Assembly: GCA_041576165.1 (NCBI GenBank)
Contig: JBFGLM010000028.1
Location: forward strand, 1 to 61,933
Source: Acidimicrobiia bacterium
GTDB taxonomy: Bacteria; Actinomycetota; Acidimicrobiia; Spongiisociales; Spongiisociaceae
DNA: 61,933 nt
Direction of reading: 5' to 3'
Below the pieces are notes generated by a model. The model saw nothing but the letters and a program-made list of their open reading frames with translations. It made no database searches and had not been told where the DNA came from. The position numbers and the translations under genes were made by a program. Positions 10,833 through 20,954 of the stretch are shown here, in pieces; the stretch's first letter is position 1; every line of letters starts with the position of its first letter.

Positions 10833-11687
10833 TCAGGGCCGGCGGAACGGTCCGGGCACCCGGGCCACAGCCACGTCGCAGGGGACGGTCTCCATGACAG
10901 CCTCGGCCACACTCCCTAGGAGCACCATTGTCGAGCCGGCTGCGCCGCGACTTCCGACGGTGACGAGGTCGGCCGATGCCCGGCGGGCCAGTTCGCCGAT
11001 CGCGTCCGGCGGTGGACCGTCCACCACGTGGAGGTCGAGCCGGCCCTCGTACTCGGCCGCGAACTTGCCCAGTGATTCTTCCAGCGCGGCCATCCGCTGT
11101 TTCCGCACCTCTGCCAGGCGTTCGGCCGCAACACCAGCCTCCGCCAGCAGTATCTCGGCGTTCGACGGCAACGCCGCCACGGCCGTCACTTCTGCCTCGG
11201 GCGCGATGGCAAACGCGAGATCGACAGCTGTGCGTGATGCTTCGGACAGGTCGACAGCGGCCAGCACGCGGCGGTAATGCCGTCGTGGTTGGCGCCGTAC
11301 CGCCAGCACCGGGCTGTGGGCCTTGCGGGCCAGCCGGGTCGTGCGGGGGCCGACCCGCTGGGGTTCCAACGACGATGTACCGGTTAGCAGCAAGTCGGCC
11401 TTGCGAGAGAGCCGTCCGAGCTCAACGGCCACCGCTCCCCGGATCACCTTGACGTCGACCTCGCATCTTCCCGAAGCCGTCAGCGTCGTCAGCAGTTCCT
11501 CGGCTCTGGAATGACGATGGAGGTGAAGCCGCTCAGCAAGATCGTCCGGCAGGGCAACGTCGGGCACCTCACCAACATGGACCAGCGTCAAGCGCGCGCT
11601 GTGGAGCTCGGCAAGGTATCGCCCCCGTTGGGCGACACGGCGTGCGATCGGACTCAGGTCGAATGCCGCCACGATCGATTGAATCAA
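10833..11687 (-). CDS. Universal stress protein (tandem USP domains)
   Basis: IVAAFDLS and VLAAVDLSEAS; GSRG...LLGSVAEAVMETVPCDV. Confidence 0.92.
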   Translation of the reverse strand: MIQSIVAAFDLSPIARRVAQRGRYLAELHSARLTLVHVGEVPDVALPDDLAERLHLHRHSRAEELLTTLTASGRCEVDVKVIRGAVAVELGRLSRKADLLLTGTSSLEPQRVGPRTTRLARKAHSPVLAVRRQPRRHYRRVLAAVDLSEASRTAVDLAFAIAPEAEVTAVAALPSNAEILLAEAGVAAERLAEVRKQRMAALEESLGKFAAEYEGRLDLHVVDGPPPDAIGELARRASADLVTVGSRGAAGSTMVLLGSVAEAVMETVPCDVAVARVPGPFRRP

Positions 11688-11783
11688 TACGCTCCTGGTG
11701 CGGGCGTCGGCTACTTTACCGAGCGTTCAACCGCGCGCCACAATGGCGTGACCTACGGTTTTCGCGACCTCGAAAGGTCAGTC

Positions 11784-12203
11784 ATGCAGATCAGGAAGGC
11801 CTGGGACTTGGTGGATGAGGCCAAGGCCCGCATCGAGAACGTCGGAGTCGAACAAGCGAGAGCGGAACTCGAAGCGGGCAAGGCCGTATTGGTCGACATC
11901 CGGGACATTCGCGAGCGCCTCACCAAGGGCGCCATCCCCGGATCGGTTCATGCACCCCGGGGCATGCTCGAGTTCTGGGTTGACCCGGCCAGTGAGTACT
12001 ACCGCGACGTGTTCCATCCGGACCGCCGTTACATCCTGTACTGCGCGGGTGGGGGTCGGTCAGCTCTGGCGGCCGACACGATGCGGGCAATGGGCTATCC
12101 CGACGTGGCGCACCTCGAACCGGGGTTCGACGGTTGGGCGGATGCCGGCGGAGAGGTAGAGGACGTGGCAGCGTCCGCCAAGTGGCAGCGGCGGACCGAC
12201 TGA
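11784..12203 (+). CDS. Rhodanese-like domain protein
   Basis: LVDIRDIRE, IPGSVHAPRGMLEF, YCAGGGRSALAA. Confidence 0.92.
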   Translation: MQIRKAWDLVDEAKARIENVGVEQARAELEAGKAVLVDIRDIRERLTKGAIPGSVHAPRGMLEFWVDPASEYYRDVFHPDRRYILYCAGGGRSALAADTMRAMGYPDVAHLEPGFDGWADAGGEVEDVAASAKWQRRTD

Positions 12204-12235
12204 GCGGCGGCGGGAAAAGCGCGCGAGCTGGCGGC

Positions 12236-12457
12236 TTACTTGTGGCGCCAGACGATCCGTCCGCGGCTCGGGTCGTAGGCCGACAGTTCCACTTCGACCT
12301 TGTCTCCCGGCAGGATTCGGATCTTGCGGCCGCGGCGCATCTTGCCGGCGGCGCGTGCGAGAACTTCGAGACCGCCTTCGATCTCGACTTTGAACATGGC
12401 GTTGGGGAGGGATTCCGAGACCACTCCAGTCGCCTTGATTACATCACTTGCAGCCAA
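12236..12457 (-). CDS. infA: Translation initiation factor IF-1
   Basis: [15 protein letters not shown]...GKMR...[26 protein letters not shown]; AAAGGAA RBS with TTG start. Confidence 0.93.
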   Translation of the reverse strand: MAASDVIKATGVVSESLPNAMFKVEIEGGLEVLARAAGKMRRGRKIRILPGDKVEVELSAYDPSRGRIVWRHK

Positions 12458-12594
12458 ATCATTCCTTTCGATGAAGGCGCGCAACCACGGGGCTAGAAGG
12501 CCTCCGCAGCTGCTTTCCGCATTTCCGAACGACCCGAACGGGCGTTCTGTTCCCTAGTTTGCCAGGTATCCGGTGTTGATGGCGCCACATTCGC

Positions 12595-12930
12595 CTAGCG
12601 TTTGCGCTTTTTCGAGCGCGGACGCCCTTTGCGCCTTCTCACCGGTTCCCCGATCCGGTACGTCTTGGGATTCTTCAGCGACCATTGGGAACCGCTGACC
12701 GTCAGCTTCCCGGCGGCCGCCGCCTCCCGGATTTCGCCCGCAATTGCGCGGCGGTCCCGGACGATCAGCACCAGCCCGATGACGATGAAAGCGACTGCGA
12801 CCAGGGGCGAGCGCAATACGAACAGGGCCAGCACGTACAACGCCAGGATGACGGGATACCCGAGCAGCAACCGGCGCAGCACGATCACCACCACCCCGTC
12901 CTGCTCCGTCCGTTCGTACAGCAACGCCAT
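12595..12930 (-). CDS. Small membrane protein
   Basis: Two TM segments; VSGSQWSLKNP; basic C-terminus. Confidence 0.65.
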   Translation of the reverse strand: MALLYERTEQDGVVVIVLRRLLLGYPVILALYVLALFVLRSPLVAVAFIVIGLVLIVRDRRAIAGEIREAAAAGKLTVSGSQWSLKNPKTYRIGEPVRRRKGRPRSKKRKR

Positions 12931-13007
12931 ACGGCCATCGTAAGCGCGCGGCCGGATGCCGTGTCCAGGCACACGTGCCCGGTAGCGTGGCGGCCGAGGA
13001 GGAATCA

Positions 13008-14099
13008 TTGCCGACCCTTGCCCACCAACCCCTGCACGGATTCGTCCGGGCGATCTTCGCGGCCGTCGGCAGCGAGGATCGCGAAGCCACGCTCATCGCC
13101 GACCACCTGGTGGAGGCCAACCTGGTCGGCCACGACTCCCACGGCGTCGGGATGATCCCGCTGTATCTGTATTTCGCGGCCGCCGGCCAGGTCGTGCCCA
13201 ACCGGCACGCCAGCGTCGTCCGGTCAACCGGGCCGGTCATGGTTGTTGACGGGATGCGCGGATTCGGTCAGGTCATAGCCTATGAGGCGATGGACCTTGC
13301 GATCGAAAACGCCCGGCGGCACGGCATCAGCCTGACGGCACTGCGTAACAGCTTTCATATCGGCCGGATCGGTCACTGGGCCGAGCAGTGCGCACGGGCC
13401 GGATTGGCCTCGCTCCACTTCGTCAACGTGGTCGGCCACGGGCCGCTGGTAGCGCCGTTCGCCGGCCGCGACGCCCGGTTCTCAACCAACCCGGTGTGTA
13501 TCGGCGTTCCCGGCCCGGATGGCGCGTTCTGCTTACTCGACATGGCAACCAGCAAGATCGCGCTGGGCAAGGCACGAGTGGCGCTCAACGCCGATATGGA
13601 GGCGCCGCCAGACGCCCTGCTCGACGAGACCGGCGAGCCGACGAGAGATCCGGCGGTGATGTTCCCTCCCGATCCGGCGGTGCTGCTTCCCGAGCCTCGC
13701 GGAGCGCTGGTGGCGATGGGAGAACACAAAGGCTCCGGTCTCGCCATCATGGCCGAGCTGCTGGCCGGCGCACTCGGCGGCAGCTCCACGATGCAGCCGA
13801 ACAACCCTCGCCCGGGCGGTCCGGTCAACGGGATGCTGTCGATAGTCATCGATCCCGAAGCGCTGGGAACCGCTTCCTATCTCGTGGAAGAGGGACGGTT
13901 GTTCCTTGACTACGTCAAAGCGTCGCCGCCCCAGGACCCCGACGGCGAGGTGCTGACACCCGGAGAACCGGAGCGCCGGCGCCGCGAGGTACGGGTGGAG
14001 AACGGGATCCCGGTGGCGGAGGGGGCATGGAGCGGCCTCGTCGCCGCCGCCGCGGAGGTTGGCGTCTCCCCCCCGCCCGGAGTGGTTCGCGAACCCTGA
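13008..14099 (+). CDS. Ldh_2 family malate/lactate/ureidoglycolate dehydrogenase (HcxB/YbiC-like)
   Basis: GHDSHGVG, HIGRIGHWAE, FSTNP, LDMATS, HKGSGL, PGEPE. Confidence 0.9.
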   Translation: MPTLAHQPLHGFVRAIFAAVGSEDREATLIADHLVEANLVGHDSHGVGMIPLYLYFAAAGQVVPNRHASVVRSTGPVMVVDGMRGFGQVIAYEAMDLAIENARRHGISLTALRNSFHIGRIGHWAEQCARAGLASLHFVNVVGHGPLVAPFAGRDARFSTNPVCIGVPGPDGAFCLLDMATSKIALGKARVALNADMEAPPDALLDETGEPTRDPAVMFPPDPAVLLPEPRGALVAMGEHKGSGLAIMAELLAGALGGSSTMQPNNPRPGGPVNGMLSIVIDPEALGTASYLVEEGRLFLDYVKASPPQDPDGEVLTPGEPERRRREVRVENGIPVAEGAWSGLVAAAAEVGVSPPPGVVREP

Positions 14100-14137
14100 A
14101 CCGCGACTACTGTCGGCCAGGCCGGCGAAGAGGCGAT

Positions 14138-14683
14138 ATGGAAATTCTGGGTATTTGTGGTTCCTTGCGGAAAGGCTCGTTCAACCGTTTGCTGCTCGAC
14201 CATGCCGTATCGATCGTGCCCGACGGCGTCGAGTTGACCGACTTCGACCTCTCCCGCATCCCCCTGTACAACCAGGATGTCGAGCTGGCCGGACTGCCGG
14301 AGCCGGTGGTGCAGTTCAAAGCCGCGATTGAGCGGGCCGACGGGGTGTTCATAGCTACACCGGAGTACAACCACGGCCTGCCGGGCGTCCTCAAGAACGC
14401 TCTTGACTGGCAGTCTCGCCCCCGGGGCCACGCCTCCATCACCGGCAAACCTGTGGCCTTCGCAACCGTATCCAACGGCCCAACCGGCGGCGTTCGCGCC
14501 CAAGCCACACTCAAGCGAGTGCTGGCCTCGAACTTCGCGTTGCTTTTTCCGTTTCCGGAGTTCGCGCTACCCCGAGCCAGCCAGGCGTTCGACGAACAGG
14601 GCCGCCTCATCGACGAGTTCGCGCTCGAACAACTCCCCCGCATGCTGGATGGATTCGTCGATTTCGTGAAACGCTGCGGCTAG
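14138..14683 (+). CDS. NADPH-dependent FMN reductase
   Basis: GSLRKGSFN; TPEYNHGLPGVLKNALDW. Confidence 0.93.
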   Translation: MEILGICGSLRKGSFNRLLLDHAVSIVPDGVELTDFDLSRIPLYNQDVELAGLPEPVVQFKAAIERADGVFIATPEYNHGLPGVLKNALDWQSRPRGHASITGKPVAFATVSNGPTGGVRAQATLKRVLASNFALLFPFPEFALPRASQAFDEQGRLIDEFALEQLPRMLDGFVDFVKRCG

Positions 14684-14817
14684 AGGCATCGCGAAACGGG
14701 CGAACGGCAATGCGGCCCGGGGCGGGTGCCGTGGCCCGAGCGGCCCGGCCCAGGGGGCCAGGAGCGGATAGCGGTGGTCGTCAGGCGAGAGTCGCCCGCG
14801 CCTATCCGCCGACGCTC

Positions 14818-16224
14818 TCAGCCCTCGTCGGCCGAACCCTCGCCATCAACCGCGGCATCGGCCGCCGGCACGGTCACGGCGGCTGCGCCGGCCTCGGCGG
14901 CCCGAGCAGGTTCCGCCTCGGCGCGTGCCTGGGCCCGGCGGCCCCGGCGTCGCCACAGCCACCAGGCCAGCGGGATCACCCAGATGAACGGCAGCAGCGA
15001 ACCGGCCAGCAGCACGAGCAGGCCCCACACGGTCTGGAGAAAGTTCCAGCTGGCCTGGAGACCATCACGGAATCCGGGCAATCCGCCGGGATCCTCCGCA
15101 AAGACCGTGATCGACTGGGTGTTGGACACCTCGCGGGCTGGTATCACGTTGCCCTCCGCGTCGAGCGGCACGGCCTGGACCCGGGTCTGGGTCCGGAGGG
15201 TGCGATCGACCTGCGTCTCGTAGGCCACGATCATGTTCTGGCCCGGCTGGAGGGTGCCGGCGGGATCGCCGAAGATCACCAGCAGGTCGTCGAGGTCGAT
15301 CTCGAGGACCGAGTCGGTCAGCTCGAATCCGGTCAGGGGCGCATCGCCGGCGTTACGAATCTCGAAGCACAGCGTCACCTCACTTCCCTCCTCGACGACC
15401 AGTCCATCGTTGCCGGGGCACGACGCCCCCGAATCTTCCGCACCCGGATATGCGGTCTGGATGAGCTGGATCGCCGGCGCCACCCCCGCCTCGGTGAGCG
15501 TCAGCGTGATGGTGGCGAGGTCGACCCGGTCCCGAATGGTGCGGAGCTGACCGCGCAGCGTTTCCAGCTCGGTCTCCCGGGCGAGCAGCTGGGCTTCGAG
15601 CTGCGCAATGTCCTCGATCTTGGTGGCGTTCTGGAGAAAGCCGCGAAGGCGCTCAACGCTCGCCTCGGCGGTGGTGATCCTGCTCTCCAAATCGACCACT
15701 CGTTCGGTGACATCGTCCGCCGAGACCGTCTGGGTGCGCAGCTCCCCGATTCCGCTCAGCTGGGTGAGGGCGTCCTGGAAATTGTCCGGGCTTATCCGGA
15801 ACGTGAGGATGCTGCGGGGCTCGGGCGATCCGGTGGTGTCCTGACCAAAGAGGAACCCACCCAGCGATTCAACGATTCTGGTGGCCTCCTCACCCGCTCG
15901 GGCGACGTCGGGAACTGAGACGGTCAGGTTCGCGGTGAAGATGATTTGGCGACCGAGGTCGGCGGGCGTCTGGGCCACGACCGGCGTGACGCCGCCGGCT
16001 CCCAGTTCGGCGGGTGCCTCCGCCGCCGGAGCATCCGGCTCGGCAGCTGCCTCCTCGAGGGCTTCGCCTCCGGCGGCATCGCGTTCGAAGCGGCCTGCAT
16101 CGTCCTGGGCAATCGGGGCTTCCGCCGCTGCTTCGCCGCCTGCATCGTCGCCGCCGCCGGTGCAGGCAGCCGCGACCAGCGCGAGGGCAAGCACCAGCAC
16201 AGACCAGTTCCGCCACCGTCGCAT
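14818..16224 (-). CDS. DUF4349-domain lipoprotein with an extra Ig-like domain and C-terminal TM
   Basis: Lipobox VAAAC; DDVTERVVDLESRI...LETLRGQLR; TLCFEIRNAGDAPLT. Confidence 0.85.
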   Translation of the reverse strand: MRRWRNWSVLVLALALVAAACTGGGDDAGGEAAAEAPIAQDDAGRFERDAAGGEALEEAAAEPDAPAAEAPAELGAGGVTPVVAQTPADLGRQIIFTANLTVSVPDVARAGEEATRIVESLGGFLFGQDTTGSPEPRSILTFRISPDNFQDALTQLSGIGELRTQTVSADDVTERVVDLESRITTAEASVERLRGFLQNATKIEDIAQLEAQLLARETELETLRGQLRTIRDRVDLATITLTLTEAGVAPAIQLIQTAYPGAEDSGASCPGNDGLVVEEGSEVTLCFEIRNAGDAPLTGFELTDSVLEIDLDDLLVIFGDPAGTLQPGQNMIVAYETQVDRTLRTQTRVQAVPLDAEGNVIPAREVSNTQSITVFAEDPGGLPGFRDGLQASWNFLQTVWGLLVLLAGSLLPFIWVIPLAWWLWRRRGRRAQARAEAEPARAAEAGAAAVTVPAADAAVDGEGSADEG

Positions 16225-16348
16225 TGTTCTCCTCACGTCGTCCTCAGGTATGACGGAGGATACGGTGCGCCGGGTTCCCGCCCCCAGCAACCCGGCGCAC
16301 TGAGAAGCTCCCGGGCCTGGTCCGCCCCGACCGGGAGCTGCCCTTGAT

Positions 16349-17614
16349 CTACAAACCTGCGTACACGAGTGCCCGCTCGATGAACGACGCCATCTGGTCC
16401 CGACGCACGAAATCGTCGGGGCAGTAGATGGTTCCGTTGGCGTCACACCCGAGAGTGACACCGGCCATGCGGAGCGCGTCGATGTTGCCCGCATGGGTGG
16501 AGCCCGCGACGACGTCGGCGAATGCATTGCCACCGGATCCGGCGAGTGCGAACGCCCGCGCCAGGAACGAACCCATTTGCGCCCGGGTGACGAACTCATC
16601 CGGGCAGTACAGCGTCCCGTCCGAGTTACATCCCAGCGTCACGCCGGCCTGGGCGATGGCGTTGATGTTGCCGGCATGGGTCCCACTCACGTCTCCGAAC
16701 TGGTTGGTCGCCTCCGGGGCCAGGCCCAACGCACGGGCGATGAACGACGCCATCTGCGCTCTGGTCACCAGGTCGGCCGGACCATAGGTTCCGTCGGAGT
16801 AGCCCTGGGTGATCTGGCGAATGCAGATCGCCAGGATGTTGGCCGAGTGCGTGTTGGCGGTAGTGACATCCGGGAAGAAACAGGTGGGTGTCGGCTCGGG
16901 ATCGCCGCCCGGATCACCACCGGGATCTCCGCCGGGATCGCCTCCCGGGTCACCGCCGGGATCGCCTCCCGGATCCGGATCCGGTGGCGGGTCGACTACT
17001 TCATCGGCGGCGAAGTCGTAGTGAACGATCACCACCGCCGGCGGTGTGACCACTTCGATCGGGTTGCTGTCCAACCGGTTCCCTTCGCTGTCCCGCACGT
17101 GGTCGTAGATCGACCGAATCGCAATCTCGATGAACTCGCCCTCCGTGATCACTGTCAGGTTCAGATAGTCGGTTTCACCTGAGTTGGTCAGGGTGGTGGA
17201 GCCGTAGACCGTTTCGCCGAGATCCAGGATCACCGGGGTCACAACCGTGGGGGCTGAACCGACCCATCCGCCGTTCGATTGATAGCCGCCCATGGAGAAG
17301 GCGGCGGTCGTGAAGTTCGGCTCGTATAGCGCGCCGTGACCTGCCGGCAGGTGCAGACACCAGTCGAACTCGACCGACTCCTCGTCCACCAGACGGACAT
17401 CGAGTATGCCGAGAAATGGCGTCTCTACCCCCTCGTTGTTCGACTTGGCCTCGTCGTACGGGAGGCTCTCGTCCTTGCACGGAGTGGCGGTCTGGCCGAG
17501 CGCCGGGCTCGATGTGATAGCCAGCGTGGCTGCGACCAAGGAAGCCAAGAGCAAGAGGATGACGGCGCCCCGAGCCCGCCTCACAACAGAAGTATTCATG
17601 ACCGTCCCTGACAT
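16349..17614 (-). CDS. Secreted S-layer homology (SLH) domain protein
   Basis: Signal peptide; three C-terminal SLH repeats (VTRAQMASF, VTRAQMGSF, VRRDQMASF); start at 17614 or 17599. Confidence 0.88.
   Translation of the reverse strand: MSGTVMNTSVVRRARGAVILLLLASLVAATLAITSSPALGQTATPCKDESLPYDEAKSNNEGVETPFLGILDVRLVDEESVEFDWCLHLPAGHGALYEPNFTTAAFSMGGYQSNGGWVGSAPTVVTPVILDLGETVYGSTTLTNSGETDYLNLTVITEGEFIEIAIRSIYDHVRDSEGNRLDSNPIEVVTPPAVVIVHYDFAADEVVDPPPDPDPGGDPGGDPGGDPGGDPGGDPGGDPEPTPTCFFPDVTTANTHSANILAICIRQITQGYSDGTYGPADLVTRAQMASFIARALGLAPEATNQFGDVSGTHAGNINAIAQAGVTLGCNSDGTLYCPDEFVTRAQMGSFLARAFALAGSGGNAFADVVAGSTHAGNIDALRMAGVTLGCDANGTIYCPDDFVRRDQMASFIERALVYAGL
16898..16984. repeat. 12-bp coding tandem repeat, (PGGD)x6 linker
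   Basis: DPGGDPGGDPGGDPGGDPGGDPGGDP with synonymous variation between units. Confidence 0.9.
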
Positions 17615-17841
17615 CTCTGCCCCCCGTACCCGACCCCGTGGCCTTGGGAGCGACGACTCACTGATCATAGCGTCCGGTTTGTTCCTTTTGGTACATGGGA
17701 ATCCTTGCTGCGCCTGGCTGGTCCCGCCGAGCTCGGTCAAGGGATTGGTGATTTGCTCCATTCCGCTGGGCCATCGGCCGATACCACAGCGTGGATTTTT
17801 GCAAGCGGGAACCGATCGACGGCGGGCGCCGTCACAAATGT

Positions 17842-19092
17842 GTGAAACGATTGGCTGTGCTGGGGTTGGTGTTGCTCTTCGCTGCGTGCGGCGACCCCGC
17901 GGTTCCGATCGGCGAGCCACCCCCCTCGCGGCCGACGACCACCGGCACCGCGGCCGAGCCCCCTGCTATCGAAGCTCTCGAGCAAGCCCGCAGCCGCTGG
18001 TCGGCCGCAGGCGCCTCCACGTACCGCTACCTGTTCCAAGACGATTGCGGCGAATGCGACCCCACCTACAGTTCTCCCCGCCAAGTCGTGGTGTGGGATG
18101 GCGAGCCGGTCGACGCCGACGCGTCGCTGACGATCGAGGCCATGTTCCAATCGATCGAGCACGCAGCTGCGGCCGGACAAAGCGTTGAGGTGACCTACGA
18201 TCCGGAGACCGGCCATCCCACCGAGGTCTGGATCGATCGGGAAGCCCGTGCGTATGACGGCGGAGTCCATTGGATCATCACCGACCTGGCCGATGGGCTT
18301 CCGGGGGAAACCGCCTCGCTGGAACAACTGCTGGCAGCCCAAGCCCGCTGGGACGCCAAGCGCCCGCCCGCCTACTCGTTCCGGGCCACCATCCTGTGCG
18401 ACTGCCCGTTCGCCGGGTCGATCAACACCGTGGTCGAGGAAGACCGGATCGTTGACTGGTCGACCGATGTCGATGCCCGCGAGGGCATCTCGCCGATCAC
18501 GATCGACATGATGTTCGGGGATTTGGCCGAGATGCTGGGATCCACCGAAGGCGTCGTCCAGGACGGGATCCGGTTCAGCGGTTCGGCCCAATTCGATGAG
18601 GCATTGGGATTCCCGGTGTGGGTCGGGCTCAACATCGAGGTCTTGGAGGACGAATCGGAACTGGCGGATCTGCCCACCCGTCTCGTCTTCACCGTCAGCG
18701 AGTTCACCGAGGTCGACCCGGTGATGCGTCACCTCGATGATGCGGAAGCGGCCCAGCGCCGGTGGGAGGAATCCGGTCTGGTGGACTACGAATACCAGCT
18801 GACCGTCCACAACATCGAGGACGGCACGTTCAGCGATCCGTTCAGGGTCGTCGTCGCCGGCGGCCGGGTCGAATCCGTCACCTCGGCCACCGGCCAACCG
18901 GTTGACCAGCTCGATGTCCCCGCCTACGACATCAGCGAGTTGTTCGTCCTTATCCAGCAATGGAAGCAAGTGGGTACCAATGTCCACGCGTTGTTCGCCG
19001 AGACGCTCGGGCATCCAGTTCTCGTCACAACATGGGACGACGACCGACAGCAAGCTGAGGCCTGGTCGATCGATGGTCTGACCGGGCGCTGA
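17842..19092 (+). CDS. Lipoprotein with three DUF6174-like domains
   Basis: Lipobox FAAC; three repeats of A..RW...Y.Y...TI..F...YD...G.P. Confidence 0.8.
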   Translation: MKRLAVLGLVLLFAACGDPAVPIGEPPPSRPTTTGTAAEPPAIEALEQARSRWSAAGASTYRYLFQDDCGECDPTYSSPRQVVVWDGEPVDADASLTIEAMFQSIEHAAAAGQSVEVTYDPETGHPTEVWIDREARAYDGGVHWIITDLADGLPGETASLEQLLAAQARWDAKRPPAYSFRATILCDCPFAGSINTVVEEDRIVDWSTDVDAREGISPITIDMMFGDLAEMLGSTEGVVQDGIRFSGSAQFDEALGFPVWVGLNIEVLEDESELADLPTRLVFTVSEFTEVDPVMRHLDDAEAAQRRWEESGLVDYEYQLTVHNIEDGTFSDPFRVVVAGGRVESVTSATGQPVDQLDVPAYDISELFVLIQQWKQVGTNVHALFAETLGHPVLVTTWDDDRQQAEAWSIDGLTGR

Positions 19093-19199
19093 GGCTCGAC
19101 CCACCAATGGCGGCGGACGGCGGGAAAGAATCGAGAAACGCCACCGCCCGCCGATCGGACAGCGTCAATGCTCGGGTGCGGGCGGCCAGGAAGCCGGCA

Positions 19200-19680
19200 G
19201 AATCGCTGATTCATCTGCGTTGGGCCACGTAGGCAGTGGCACCTTCACGTCTGGCGGCGACCCGTTCGAGAGGGCAACTTTCGAGATATTCATCGCCACA
19301 TTCGCGGATGAGAGCTTCACGTTCCTGTTTGGCGGTACGAGCTTGCGCCGGACCAGTTCCAGCTCGATGCATCCGGGGGTCAATTCTCGGTGTCGGTTGA
19401 GGCCGTTGGCTTGGATCTGCAGGGTGAACAGTGCACCTTCGATGCCTCGGGCGGGGTTGCGACCAGATCGGGCCGCTCGAGGTGACGGTCGACGTCACCT
19501 GGGACGAAGCCACCGGGCGAGTGTTACCGTCGACGTTTGTCGGCCGATCCCACACTCCGTTTGGATTCGACGCCTTCATGTCGAAGTCCCTGGCCCGGAC
19601 CGCGACCGCCCGAAATGAGCGACCTCGCGATGATCTCGCGCAACACCGACACGAGCCGCTTCCGCTTCCTGATCAGCTGA
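19200..19680 (+). pseudogene. Frameshifted remnant of a beta-rich hypothetical protein
   Basis: Protein-like segments in successive frames: TFEIFIATFADESF / ELAPDQFQLDASGGQFSVSV / GPLEVTVDVTWDEATG / EMSDLAMISRNTD. Confidence 0.45.
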
Positions 19681-19808
19681 GCTGCTCGGGGAGGCCAGAG
19701 TCCTCCGGCCTCCCCGGGCATACCCGGCCCATCCGGGCCGGCGCTTGGACCGCGACTGTCGAGGGTGCGCGGCGGATGCGTCGATTCAGGCGGCGTTCCC
19801 GCGAGGTT

Positions 19809-20162
19809 TCAATCCGCCCGCGACTCGTCCAGGTACTGCAACAACTCGTGGGCGGCCAGTTCGATCTCTTTGTGGTACCACTCGGCCGCCCGATAACGAC
19901 ACGCGATCAGGCCCATCCGGTGCAGCCGGCGAAAATCGCCGTAAACGAACGCGTACCGCGCCTTGGTTTCCGGCGAGGCCCCCTCGGTGAGGCCAAGATG
20001 CCACTCACCGTATTCCTCCCAGGTGTGATCCCGTAGGAAGCGGTTCTCAGCGCCGGCGTCCGGTTGTACATCACCCCACGCGCTCCGGAGCACGTACTGG
20101 CGGGCGTCAATCAAACTGCGAGCCTTGGCTACCGCATCCGGGTTGACGCGATACTTGGCCAC
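19809..20162 (-). CDS. Conserved actinobacterial hypothetical protein
   Basis: WEEYGEWHLGL...TKARYAFVYGDFRRLHR. Confidence 0.8.
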   Translation of the reverse strand: MAKYRVNPDAVAKARSLIDARQYVLRSAWGDVQPDAGAENRFLRDHTWEEYGEWHLGLTEGASPETKARYAFVYGDFRRLHRMGLIACRYRAAEWYHKEIELAAHELLQYLDESRAD

Positions 20163-20207
20163 TCAGCACTCACCTGCCCTCGGCGGCCGGCCCAGCCTCA
20201 CAGGACG

Positions 20208-20636
20208 TCACGGTGCAAACGGCTTTCCCCTGCCGGTGGTGACCAATTCGTAGAGGCTCTGGAGGTAATAGCCCCAGTTGTAGTTGTAGATGCCGTATTC
20301 GTCGTCGCTGAGCTCGACTGCATAGTGCTGCCAGAATCGCAGCCGGGAGCGCCCAGCTTCGAGCGGCTCGATCTCGAACCGGAACGTATTGTCCTTCCAC
20401 GGGACATGGCCGCCCACGCATCGCCATTCGACGGCGTGAGGGGGCTCGATGGCCGAGATCTCCATATCGGGGTTGAAGTCACCGGCGAAGGTGAAGTCGA
20501 TGATCGATCCAGCGTCCGGCCCCGACACCCTGACCTGGCTGGTCCACCAACCGCTCAGACCCTCTTGGGTCGCGATCGCTTCGAACAGCGCGGGCGGAGT
20601 TGCATCGACGTCAACTACGTGGTGAATGGTCTTCAT
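20208..20636 (-). CDS. SRPBCC/AHSA1 domain protein
   Basis: LFEAIATQEGLSGWWT...NYNWGYYLQSL; GGAGG RBS. Confidence 0.9.
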   Translation of the reverse strand: MKTIHHVVDVDATPPALFEAIATQEGLSGWWTSQVRVSGPDAGSIIDFTFAGDFNPDMEISAIEPPHAVEWRCVGGHVPWKDNTFRFEIEPLEAGRSRLRFWQHYAVELSDDEYGIYNYNWGYYLQSLYELVTTGRGKPFAP

Positions 20637-20846
20637 GTCCGCCTCCGCTAGCCGGCCATAAAACCTACACACGCACCTGCGAGGTCCGGTCCATCAGAAC
20701 GCCCGCAATCGAGCGACCGACTCATCTAGTCTCATCCCGGGACGAGGCGCCGAGAGTCGGCGTGCTCCTCGCGAACTCACTCGTGAGTCGGAGAATCGAC
20801 GGGCGCGCCGCGAGGCGTTTTCGCCGAGCCGGCTCCCGGGCGGCGT

Positions 20847-20876
20847 TTGACAGGGAAAGTCTTGCTCACGTAGGTT
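20847..20876 (+). promoter_or_regulatory. Sigma70/SigA-type promoter of the ABC operon
   Basis: TTGACA-18 nt-TAGGTT. Confidence 0.7.
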
Positions 20877-20881
20877 CAGAT

Positions 20882-20895
20882 TGCAATCGTTTGCA
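20882..20895. promoter_or_regulatory. LacI-family operator
   Basis: TGCAATCGTTTGCA, a CG-centred palindrome at the predicted transcription start. Confidence 0.7.
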
Positions 20896-20954
20896 GCATT
20901 GGAGGCAGCGGGCTGTGAACGGTGCCAATCCACCAGAAACTCAGGAGAGAGGGC

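Noticed and set aside
16898-16984. 12-bp tandem repeat as a phase-variation locus
   Set aside because: Unit length is a multiple of 3 with synonymous divergence; an ordinary PGGD linker
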